A stretch of 64,000 nt of DNA from Callorhinchus milii (Eukaryota). The stretch covers positions 41,356,001 to 41,420,000 of the forward strand of contig NW_024704743.1 of NCBI RefSeq assembly GCF_018977255.1, written 5' to 3'. The notes beneath the pieces are model-generated. The model was not told the DNA's origin, ran no database searches, and was given only the letters and a program-made list of their open reading frames with translations. A program made the translations under genes and the position numbers. The stretch's first letter is position 1. Every line of letters begins with the position of its first letter. This document shows positions 48,167 to 59,441 of this stretch, piece by piece.

Positions 48167-49189
48167 AAACATGTGTAACATTCTGTGTTATTTTGCTAGT
48201 TTTTATCTTTAATTTATACACGTACCATGAGTGTCAAAACAGTATTAAATACTATCAATAATGTATGTTAAATACATTCCTTCTGCTGTATTTGTATTTG
48301 TGTGCTTCAGAGAAAAAACATTGGGCTACTAATATTTAATTTACATTATACTTTTTCTTGTGTTGTTTATTTGTTTTCTTTGCTTTTGTCCCTCTTCTTT
48401 TGTTTTCTTCATGTTGTCGTCCCTCTCTATATCTTTTTCGCATACACCCATCACAATCTAAGGACTGGTAATTTGACAGCGCTTTATACATTCAAATTGT
48501 TTTTGTTGTATTTAGTTGTTGCATGCAGCTGACTGGAAATTCCAGCTTTCTCAGAGTCTCAATGAATCTCATTCTCCATGTTCCATATTCCTACTGAATG
48601 ATTGGGAACACCACTATTATTTAGGCTTTGATTTCAATCCTGTATTTAAAAACTGTTATGATCTAGGATTTTCAAACATCTCCCATGCATCTGTAATTGG
48701 AATAGGATTCAAGTTAAATTCTTAAATTCCTGTAGAGATGGCATTTCTAAGTGTTAAGTCTTTTTCATTGCTGTCATCTGGAGGTAATAAAAGTTTCAGT
48801 ATGTTTTATGCCAGATTGGGGACCCAGAGCTGATTAACTCACTGGACTGGTTCTTGTCCTTTAATGAGATTTCTGTCCCCGTTCTGTCTTAAAAAAACAC
48901 AATAACATTCATTACTATGACATTATAGTGCCTGTTAACATTCCTCAAGTATTACGAATTTATGTATATTGTTATTCATATATCATTAGAATGTAATAAA
49001 TGTTGCATCAGTAGTTACTTTGTGTTTGAAGTGTAAAGTATTGGGCTTATTAAATCCTGATGTAACTGAGGATAGCATTAACACCAGATGTACAATGAAG
49101 CACAGTGCACTAATATTTAAGCATTGCAAAATATTAATTTAAAAGAATTATGTCACTTGTTCTTATGTTGGAAGACAATAATTGAACAA

Positions 49190-50405
49190 TATCAACAACA
49201 ACAACTTGCATTTATATAGTGTCTTTCACACAGGGTAGTGCCTCAGAGCACCTTACAGTGGCGGAGCCTGGCGGTGAGCCAAGGGGAGGGAGTAGGTGAC
49301 CATAAACACGGATAAAGAGGAAGGTCTTCAGGTGTGACCTGAAGATGGGGAAGGAGGAGGGATTAGAACATAAGAACATAAAAAATGCTAGACGATAAAA
49401 GACCAAGGTCCATCTAGTTCGACTTCCACATTCCTGGCGGTTGCATGCACATATGTCCGAAACTACCTATGTATTGTACCCCATAATGTTATTTCCTACA
49501 AGAAAACTATCTACTCTGCTTTTCAAAGAATCAACTTTCTGCTTCAACCGTTTCCCTGGGGAGCATGTTCCACAGATTCACTATTTGCTCATTGATTATA
49601 ATGTTTGTGTAGATTTGATCTGAATTTACCCCCTTTAATCGAAGGCCATGTTCTCTGGTTTTACTATTCTGGACAAGTTGAAACAGCCAGTCATGATCTA
49701 TACTGTTTAGCCCCTTTAGAATCTTAAAGACATCAGTCATGTTGCTTCTCAATCCTCTCTTTTCCAGTGTGAACATGCCCAATTTAGGGTGAGTGTTCCA
49801 GAGATTTGGGGTTATAGTGGTGAAAGCGCAGCCGGTGATGGTGGAGGGGATGATGGACCAAACAGGAGGGTGGAGCCAGATGTGTTTAGGCGACAGGTGG
49901 TAGATTGGGGATTAAGCGAATCAGAGAGGTAGGGTGGTGCCAGGGCTTGAAGGGATTTGAAGAAATGTGAGGATCTTGAAATTGATATGTTTGGTGATAA
50001 GGAGCCAGTGGAGCCTGGTAAGAACTGGTGTGATGGGGATACAGAATTTAGTTTGGGTGAGTATGTGGGCTATGGAGTTCTGGATAAACTGGATGGCGTT
50101 GATAGTGGAGCTGGAGAGACCCGTGAGGACGGTATTTGATTAGTTGAGGTAGTAGGTGACCAACACATTGACAAAGGTTTCAGCTTGCATTTGGGGTAAG
50201 GTACAGTCAAAGACGGGCACTGTGTCGGAGGTGGAGGAAGGTGGTCCTGGTCAGGGAACAGATGTGGGGTAGCAAGGATTGCTGGGGGTCGAACTGGATG
50301 CCTAGGTTACGCGCCAGTTTCATGAGTCTGATGGATAGGCTGGGGAGATTGAGGAGGTCAGAGGAGAAAAGAAATTGAAGGGAATATGGCTTCCATCTTG
50401 TCAAC
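49190..50405 (-). mobile_element. L2 LINE 3' portion interrupted by CR1
   Basis: ARNLGIQFDPQQSLLPHI; FRSHLKTFLF; (CAA)n tail at 49190. Confidence 0.9.
49365..49782 (-). mobile_element. CR1 3' end nested in L2
   Basis: GMFTLEKRGLRSNMTDVFKILKG...KTREHGLRL...VNLWNMLP; tail (AGAACATA)2. Confidence 0.9.
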
Positions 50406-50682
50406 ATTCAGCTGCAGGGAGTTTGCCCCCATTAGGGAGCGGGCTGAGATTGCCTGCCCAGATTCCCAGAAGTCAAATGCCAATGTACAAAACCACCTTG
50501 GTACCTCATCTACATGCAGATATTTCTGGATCTAAATCATCATATTTATTATTTGTTTATTTTTAAACTGTTCAACATAACCTTTGATTAATTTTATGAA
50601 AATAAAAAATATTTTCCCCTCCCTTTCACAGCTGTTTTGATTGACAGCTGTTTTGATTAGAGAAGCAGCCATGAGTTAAAAA

Positions 50683-50811
50683 ATGGATCTATGTCATGTT
50701 TTGAAACCAGAAGCCTCACTATTACTTGACACTCCCTCTGGTGGGTTTTCTGGGAACTTTGCAAAAAAAAACTCATCCAAAGAAAATGAGCAGGAAACAC
50801 AGCCATCCTTG
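50683..50811 (+). CDS. Candidate coding part of an exon (50632-50811) of an unidentified gene
   Basis: Acceptor TTTTCCCCTCCCTTTCACAG, AAAATGG start, 43 open codons MDLCHVLKPE...QPSL, donor TTG/GTAAGT; no homology recognised. Confidence 0.25.
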
Positions 50812-51159
50812 GTAAGTGAGCTCATTTCCTGGAATAAATGTGAGCTGCCTTCATTTTATTTAACTTCAGCTTTATAAGATGTATTTAAATGTGTATGTTT
50901 AAACATATCAATGTATTATTTGTGGTCATAAATTAGGTGATCCTGATATGCTTGGAGCCATATCATTGGATCACAAATTGATTTTAATAGCCATATGTTC
51001 CAAATTGAAATTTTAGTGTTTTTTTAAAAAGCGAAGCTTTCTATATTACATAAAGGAATTGAACAGCACAATTTGTGTCAGAATATATCTAAGCTGCTTT
51101 ATTGCTTTATTTCCTGCATGCTGCAACTTCCATTAATTAAACTCTGAAAGGAAACCACA

Positions 51160-51355
51160 ACAACATTAAATTACAAACCAAGATATCAGCCTCCAGAGGT
51201 GTCATGAAGAATGTCAGAGCAGCACTAAATTCAAACAAAAACAATCAAGTTCTCAGCCCCTGGAGATGCAATGAAAAATGTCATATAGTGGCACTAAATT
51301 CAAACAAAAACTACCATGCAGAACCTCCGGGTTAAGCAAGGAACATTACAGATGA
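51160..51355. repeat. Degenerate tandem repeat, unit about 65-70 bp, about 3 copies
   Basis: GCACTAAATTCAAACAAAAAC twice, 70 bp apart, with related intervening sequence (TCAGCC...ATGAA.AATGTCA). Confidence 0.7.
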
Positions 51356-53284
51356 TGCTGTGCAGATTGACATTTTTTAAAAATGGATTTTTAACACGTC
51401 GCTTATGTAGGCTGATCAAAATCGATGCTGGAGGTTTTATAAATATTAATACTCTTGCGCTCGCGTTGCTGTGTAGAAAGATGAAAATGTAATGTGATAT
51501 GGGAGTATTTTTAAATGTTCCTGTCAGGGAAGAGCATGACCTACGCTCTACCAGAAGTGTGCCATCATACCATGATGTATGAGGGATATCAGTGAACCAT
51601 GCAGAAAGGAGATGGAGCTGGTGTTGTGCCCTATATGTGAGATGAAAGCTGTTATTAATGATCTACTGTGTGAGGCTGCATATGGAGATAACCGACAAGG
51701 TGAGTGAACGAGTATGAATTCTCACCTAGAATGACTTAGGTATTGTCTCAAATGTTCTCTCAAATGCAGTACCATACAAGTGTTTCATAGAGTCATAGAA
51801 AGTTTACAGCAGAGAAGGAGTACATTTAGCTGGTAATGCTGTGCTGGTACTAGCTTCCCCACTGGAGCTATCGGCTCCAATCCCATTCCCCTTTTCCTTC
51901 CCTCCACCTTTAAACTATTAGTTTTTCCTTATTGTATTGAATGAGTTTGACTGAATTTTTAGGCAAATTCACAGAAAGTGGGAGTTCATTTCCAATCAAG
52001 ATTACAGTTAAACTCATGCCTTTTTGTCTGAGATATGCAACAGTCAATCTTGTACACAGATGTTTATTTATGAATAAAAAGGCACGTTTCCTCCACTCCC
52101 GTTGTAGGGTAAAAATTGTTATTTTAATTAGAGCTGATGAATGTGAGTCTACCCTTGACACTATTGGATTTGGCTGGCCTGCAGATTGTGGCATGAGATT
52201 TATAACTGGTGGGACGGCGTTTTAATTCATCAGAAAAAAAAGAGTTACGTTTCTGCAAATCGGCCAGCAATGCCACTGACTTCAAAGGGGAGAGGGGTTA
52301 AGAGAGAGGGACTAAAACACCTATGACCAGCCTTGATTGGCCTCAATGATCACATTTATGGTGATATGATAATTTTCACTGGTATCTTTCACATTACATG
52401 CCACAATTTTCATCCCAATGTGTCCCACATACCACGTTCCCAATTAATTTCTTCATTTGAAAAATAATTTGTTTTCAGCTGGGAAAGAGGATGAATATGA
52501 AAAGTATAAATTAAATGGTAATCTGAAGCAAATTTGTGGTACATGGTTTTCCTATTAGGAGAGAACTAGTCATGTAAGCGCTCTAGGATGTTATCCTGCA
52601 TGAACGGCACTATATAAATGCACGTTGTTGTTGTCAGGTAACAGCTATAAGAAAACTGGGCAGGCTGGAAATCTGAATCTAAAATAAAACATTCAAGTGC
52701 ATTGAGCAGCATATTTGTTTGAAAGAAGTTGCTACCTTTTTAAGCAGGATCATTAATACAGAACAGTGAATAATTGTACAGATAATGGCAAATTAATCTT
52801 TTCTGGGGTAGTCATTATACCAGTTATGTAGGGTTAGGTGCATTGCAAGTCAGTTGCAGGGCTTTGCTCTCTACACTATTGGGGGGAGTGTGACACTTTA
52901 GAGACCCAAAACATCTTCAGCATCTTCGGAGAACCTTTTGCTTTTAAAATGACAATTTTCTGCATTTTAAGTTTTAGAAACCATAGAAAATGACAGCACT
53001 AAAAGATGCTGTTCAGCCCATCGTATCTGTGTTGGTTTTCTCAAAGAGCTGTTTATTTCATCCCATTATCCTGGCTTTCTAAAGTGTTCTAAGTGTAGTC
53101 CTGCAAAATAAGTTAACGTCTAGACTTATGTGGAATGTTATTGTGACCATAGTAACAAGTTGTATTGAGTTAATTTCTGAACAGTGACTTTTTCATTTTT
53201 ATTATTCTGGTGATAATGCTGATGAATATTCTCATCCTTTAGGCACAGGGGTGGCTGCAACATGCAGTCAAACATCATTATTCC

Positions 53285-53490
53285 CAATCACTCCGCCTCG
53301 CCCCTTCTTAGCCTCCTTCAAGTCCCGTCTCAAAACCCTCCTCTTCGACCATGCCATTGGTCACCCCCCTTCCCTTCTCCCCCCCTCTCCCCCCCTGACT
53401 TCAGCTCGAGTCTGAAATGCTGTACACTGTCCAGTGCCTTGGGACGTCCTCCCATTGTAAAAGGCGCTATACAAATGTAATCTTGTTGTT
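53285..53490 (+). mobile_element. L2 3' end
   Basis: CTTCAAGTCCCGTCTCAAAACCCTCCTCTTCGAC; tail GTGCCTTGGGACGTCCTCCC...AAGGCGCTATACAAATGTAATCTTGTTGTT. Confidence 0.85.
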
Positions 53491-53734
53491 TAGAGCGTTT
53501 TATTATGCCATTGTGTCATTTCAAACTGTTCCTTAACAACAAAGTTTTTTCTAAGTCCTGACTGTCACTACTGTTTCCAGCTGTGCAAACATTTTTTTGT
53601 TGAGTGAAGTCCTGAAAGGAAGCAACATTTTGCCAGTCATATGAGACTAAAAATGCGGCTTTATGATAATTTAAGGAAAATAAGTGGGTTTAAAAAAAAC
53701 AGATGGAGATAAGACTTTGACAAATTCTAAAAAT

Positions 53735-54140
53735 TATCCTTTCATTTTTTGATATAGTACCTGATCACATCTAAATGTCTCAAGGTATTTTCCAGGGTTC
53801 CAACAGTTTAATGAAAAATGACTATGTGTTTGTAGCGAATGCAGCAGCCAATTTGCTCAGAGCAATGTCTCACAAACAGCCACATAGTGAATGACAAATT
53901 TTTGTTATTGGCCAGGAAATCAGGGGAAACTCTTGTCTCTTAGCATGAGATTTTTAATCGTCCACCTGAACAGGCAGATGGGATTTTGATTTAAAGTCTC
54001 ATCCAAAAGTAGGCATCTTGAACAATGCAGTGGTCCCCAGAACCGTATTGGACTGTCATTCTAGACAATGAGCTCAAAAGACCCAATGAAAGGATTTAAC
54101 CCACAACCTGACTCTGAGGTGAGAGTGCTACCAACTAACT
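53735..54140 (-). mobile_element. DeuSINE, near full length
   Basis: Tail, Deu domain and head CTCTGAGGTGAGAGTGCTACCAAC. Confidence 0.8.
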
Positions 54141-54781
54141 CATGTTATCCACCATAACATTTGTAGATTAACCTTTACAAAATATGGAAGATTACATTGA
54201 TTGTGAATATGGGGATAAACCTAGATTTGAGTTAGTAAACATTGGTCCTCTACCTACTTGAGACTGGTAAATCAAGTAGGCCAGCTAAAACACTATAACT
54301 CACTTTCCTTTTTTGTTTTTTTCTCCTTTTATAACTGTGTGTGATGAAAGGCGTACTGGAGCAAGTCAGGATACAAATCTGCATTTGTATTAAGTGCCTG
54401 AATGAAAATAGAATCTATTTCAAATGCATATTTTGCATCCCTCAAAACATCAACACAACTTGTATTTATATTGCAATTCTCATGCAGAGTAGCGTCCCAG
54501 AGCTAAAAGAGTCAAATACATCAGTTTTCTTACTCAAGTATAAAATCCTACTACCTAATGCATAAGGGCTAAAGTATTTTCCACTCACCTTTGGGGATCG
54601 GCATTCAAATTGATTTGAGTTGGTATTCCAGATTTCAAAACATGAAATATAGAAACATATTCAGTGTTCAACATGTTCTTCATATTTCATCAAATTATAA
54701 TATCTAGCATGAATATTTGCCTCAAATCTTAAATTCGAAATGCATACAGTGTTTTGAAAGTTTCAATATTGGATTCTCATG

Positions 54782-55135
54782 TAATAATAATCCTTGTATT
54801 TGATATAGCGCTTTCCACGTCTTCTCGACGTCTCAAAGCGCTTCACAGAATATACTGTAAAGTGAACTGACCGTATATTTGTGGGCGAAACATGGCAGCC
54901 AATTGCGCACAGCAGTGTCCCACAAACAGTCGTGGATTGAGTGACCAAATTATTATTTTTTTCGGGGGATTATCCACGGAAAAGCGATCAAAGAGAAACA
55001 ACTAACAACCGGGTTCATACTTACTGCTAGGCAAGTAGAGTCGTGTGGAGTAAGGAAACTTGCCCAACATTTCGCCCTACCGGGAATAGACCCAGGTCTC
55101 TCGCTTGTGAGGCGAGTGCTCTAACCACTGAACTA
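54782..55135 (-). mobile_element. Young SINE, long form, full length
   Basis: Includes the TTACTGCTAGG block and head GAGTGCTCTAACCACTGA. Confidence 0.9.
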
Positions 55136-57341
55136 TATGTGATAGGTGAACATTGGGATTTCCTGTGTTGTACTGTAGTTAGAAATGAAATATGATTTGT
55201 GAATGGACAGTGCAAGGCAGGTGAACAAAGCAACCTTTGCCACTCAGCAGGAGTGTTTTACAGCCTCATTTTACCTGCTTTAATTTGGGTTAATTCAGTG
55301 TTTTTTAGATGCACGTAAATAATAAAAGTAGATATCTGTGTCTCCAGAATTATAGTACGGCGCACACATCCATTATCTTAACTCAGTCAACAATTGAGTT
55401 TTCAATTCATATTTTAATCCCATTTTTTCCAGTAAAGTAGACTTTTTGTTGACCTGCCCAGTGCAGTTTCCTACAAACATCCGAATTACTGCATATTATA
55501 GATTGGTGCTTAATTTCTATCTTCTCTCTACCCCCACATGTTACCTTATTTGAAGTCCCATTCTATCATATGTCAGGCTTTGGCTACCCTTGAAATGGGG
55601 TTTTGTGATAATGAGCATCCAGTGTCAAAATTGCTACCCTAAGTGGGTGGTGGTGGGTTTTCTGGGCCAATATGGCAGCCAATTTGCACATAGCAATGTC
55701 CCACAAACTGCCATGAAGTAAGTGACCAGTTTTATTTACCACAATATTTCACAGAATGTGTGAAGTTCAATCTAACCTCTCCTGGTAACTTAGCTGCCTA
55801 ATTCTAACCATTAATCTAATTGCCCTTCGCCATTTCCTCTCCACTGCCAGTACGTCCTTATTGTAATACAGCATCTTAAAGAAAATTTCCTGAGCTTTCA
55901 ACAGATATTACTGCTATTATGATTCAGGAAAATGTGCTCTTTTTTCTGCTTCAATAACCACAAGACTGTGAATGTTAAACCAAAGCCCCAAATTCCAACT
56001 GTAGAAAACTGACAGGCTGAATTTAATAATTTTTGCTCGATTTTAGGATAAACTACCAAAGTAATTTTCAGCTTCAAGCTATCAAACAGTATTGCACTCT
56101 TTACTGAAAGACATTAAGTTTTGCTGATATTTTAAACTATCATGTTCAGCTTTCATTAACTCTGAGTATTCTTAGCCTGCAGTCTTACCTGTCACACACA
56201 ATATGACGATAAATTGTAAAATATTGATGATTTGATCCAAATACAAATAAAAAATGTTTATGACTAAAGCACAAGAAGTATATGAAGGATGTTGATTTTT
56301 TGAGCCCAAAGCAATCTGCACTGAAGTAGGGGGATTGCACTCGTGCGGAAAAGAGTCAGTGGAATTAGAAATAATTTTACGAAGTGCTGGTGTCGCTAAT
56401 GACAAATGAGGAGTCTAGCACTGGTTCCCCAGGAGAACTAGCACTCCAACACACAGAATGTGGCAACAGGAACAGAGCCTCGGGAGAGACAGTAAAGAAG
56501 GTCATCAGAAAGACTTGGTTGTACATCAGTAGAATCTGATTTTCTTGACACACTTGCTTTATTTGTAATAAACTTATCCATTTTAGCATCATTAACAGTG
56601 GAAGGGATTAGGGAGATGATGGCATGTACCAAATATGCCTTAGAATGCATTTGTTAGGCAAGTAAATTGCAAAAATAATGCTCCAGTGTCGCTTCCTGAG
56701 TTATAATCCACTGACATTCAATCAAATATGAACTGCATTGCACATGAGCCTAAAGGCCAGTAAGTTATGCAGTTAAAGTGTTGAATATTAGGTAGTTTTT
56801 TTTAGGAAACTGACATTTACAAGTAGTTTCTTTTTCGAAAATTGTCCCGAGAACAAACAAATAATTTATTCTTTGCTGCCAACCAACCAGTGAAAATGGG
56901 AATCATACCTTTGGTTAGATAGTTAGTTATTTTTTGATTGATGAAGATAATAATAATCACAGTATTTGTTCACAAATTAATTATTAGTTAATCTAATGAA
57001 TTATTGTCAGTCTGATATTGCTGAATTGTTTTAGCTACATGGATAATCCACCAGTTTCAGATTAGGGGAAGGGAGCTCCTGAGATAGAGAAAACAACACA
57101 CAAACATTATAAAACAACTTAGAAACAAATTGACTATCAGAGCAAGCAAAATCATAAACTACAATCTATCAACTTCCCAAATGGATTGATTCTTTTGGAA
57201 AATATATATTTTTATTTGGACATGATACAGATTAAACAAACCGAATAGCACAGTTAAATTACATGTCATTTGAATCCATCCTATAACCTTTTTACGGAGG
57301 AAAGTCTTCTCTGTCCAAATTTTAATAGAAGCTTGTTTCAG

Positions 57342-57371
57342 CTCAGTCATAATGCTGAGGTGACTCGGGTG
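57342..57371 (+). CDS. Candidate 30-nt in-frame microexon (LSHNAEVTRV)
   Basis: TTGTTTCAG acceptor, GTG/GTGAGT donor, open only in phase 0, in repeat-free flanks. Confidence 0.2.
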
Positions 57372-58155
57372 GTGAGTGCAAGTTGTCCATTCTGTGAGAA
57401 TGAGATTGTGTTTTTATATGCTGCTTGTGTGCTGTCTATTTTAAGCAGGTGATAAAAGTGAAGCTCACAGCCACTCATTACCCTGTCTCAGATTTTCCAT
57501 ACTGAATATAAATTAGACTTAATGGTTTCATTTCATATATTCCCTGATTGACTTTAGGGCATAGCTTGCCAACAGTTTGACACCAGTGACTTCATAGCCT
57601 GGCTGCTCACTTTCTCACCCGCCACCAGGATTCTTTTTAATCATCTCCTCTTATTGTCCCGTAGAAATATTGTCAGCTGCAGAACAAGGTTCCTGTCTGG
57701 ATTTAAACTTAGATCAATATATTCATCACTGTGTGCAGAATATTTAAACAAGACTGTTGCAGTGGGGGAGTTGGGGAGATTTCTGACTGCAGCTGAAAAC
57801 AGCAGACTGTGTCTTATGCAGAGGGAATTTTTTTATTGGAATTCAGCACAATGAAAAATCGATCAAATCCATATCCCTGCTAAATCTGTCTAGACAGTTA
57901 TAATTGGAATGCATGGAATTTTTATAATGCTCTGTTCCTACTCGTACGGTTAACAGTGACCTCTATTCCTTCAGACATTTTTTCCGTAACAGACACTGTA
58001 CAAATTAATGGTAACATTCAAACTTCTCTGTCGAGCAAGGGGCACACACACAAAAGTTAAATTCCTAAATTCAGCCACTCTGTGAAATGTTGTGGGAATT
58101 TTAAGTATAAATCAAATTCAACATTACCCCACCTTAACAAAACTAGAGCCTGTTT

Positions 58156-58207
58156 CAGATTATTTGATGGGTCAGCTTCCAGATTATTTGATGGGTCAGC
58201 TTCCAGA
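58156..58207. repeat. Perfect 24-bp tandem duplication
   Basis: CAGATTATTTGATGGGTCAGCTTC twice, then CAGA. Confidence 0.95.
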
Positions 58208-58374
58208 GAAAGATTGCAATTAGAATGATTAAGTCTTCAGATCAGTGTTTGATCATTTGTAGCTAAGCTCTCGCCATCATGTCAATGAGCATTTTAGACA
58301 GATGTGAGATCATCCTTCAGTGATCTTTTGCTTTCACCTGTTTATAATAATTATAATAATTATCATTGCATCAG

Positions 58375-58800
58375 ATAAATAATAATAATAATCTTTGCAT
58401 TAATGAATAAGAAATAATTCTTACATTTGATACAATGCTTTATTTATCATATCGTCAATGTTTCAAACCACTTCACATGATTTACTGCAGTGTAGTGACC
58501 GTATTTGCATGAGAATGCTCAAGCCTATTTGCAAACAGTAAAATCCCACAAACAGCCATGGGAAAGTTTTTCTTCAAAGATTGTTGGCCAGAAGAGTGGA
58601 AAAATTCTCTTCTCTTTTCGAACAGGCCATTTGAACAGACAGACACAACCTCAGTATGTATCATTTAAAGGACAGCATCTCTGACATACAGTTCTTCTTC
58701 CGACAATGTATTTGAGTATCAACCTAAGCTGTGAGTTCAAAGCCCTTGGATGTGGCTTCAGCCCACAACCTCTGACCCGGAGGCAAAAAAATGGCTCGAA
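58375..58800 (-). mobile_element. DeuSINE with stacked tails
   Basis: CCCACAAACAGCCATG...TTGTTGGCCAG...CCCACAACCTCTGAC. Confidence 0.7.
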
Positions 58801-58809
58801 GCTCTCACA

Positions 58810-59110
58810 CCAATGGTATGCAGATTGGGCAGACGGAAACCAGATTTTTTGGAGCAGAAAGCCATGCCGGGACAGTAGGGTCACAGAGGTAGGTTGGGCG
58901 ATGTCTTTGAAAAAACTGAAAATGAGGACAAAAATATTTGAATTTTATCAGCTCAGAGCCAATGGAACCAAACGAGGGTAGGGGTGATAGGATCGATGAG
59001 CCTCGAATGGAAGAAGACATGAGCTGCAGAGTTTTTCATGGTCTGCAGGTAATGCAGGCAGGGCATTCAAGTTAAGGAAGCCTGTGGGTAATGGAAGTAT
59101 GGATGAGGGA
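58810..59110 (-). mobile_element. L2 fragment
   Basis: TTTGAATTTTATCAG...AGAGCCAATGGA (HWL...IKFK on the minus strand). Confidence 0.6.
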
Positions 59111-59369
59111 ACAGATAAAGGCAGCCAAATTACAGTAAATATTTATAATTAAATTTCTATGTATATTTTGTGCTCATGTCTTGTATTGTACCATGAATGC
59201 CCAGTGCAACAAACTTCAACATTTTTTAATCAGGAAAGTGTTTTCCCAGAGCACAAGCCAGACTTGATACCAATTACGGTGATCAAACAAGCACATGTCC
59301 ATGACAGTGGATTTAGTAATTTAGATCTTTTATTTTTTCTTAACAGTGTCGCTCTCATCTCATCTCATC

Positions 59370-59441
59370 GAAGCGCTTTGGGATGTCCTCCTGACATGAA
59401 AAGCGCTATATCAAATGCAAGGATTATTATTATTATTATTA
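59370..59441 (+). mobile_element. Isolated young SINE tail
   Basis: AAGCGCTTTGGGATGTCCTCCTGACATGAAAAGCGCTATATCAAATGCAAGG(ATT)n. Confidence 0.85.

Noticed and set aside
51222..51312. Repeat-spacer-repeat pattern resembling CRISPR
   Set aside because: Only two exact cores, the intervening sequences resemble each other, there are no cas genes and the context is vertebrate.
51528..51698. Candidate exon ending AAG/GTGAGT
   Set aside because: Stops in all three frames; the sequence resembles a decayed LINE endonuclease motif (EGY...KGDGAGV.ALYVR).
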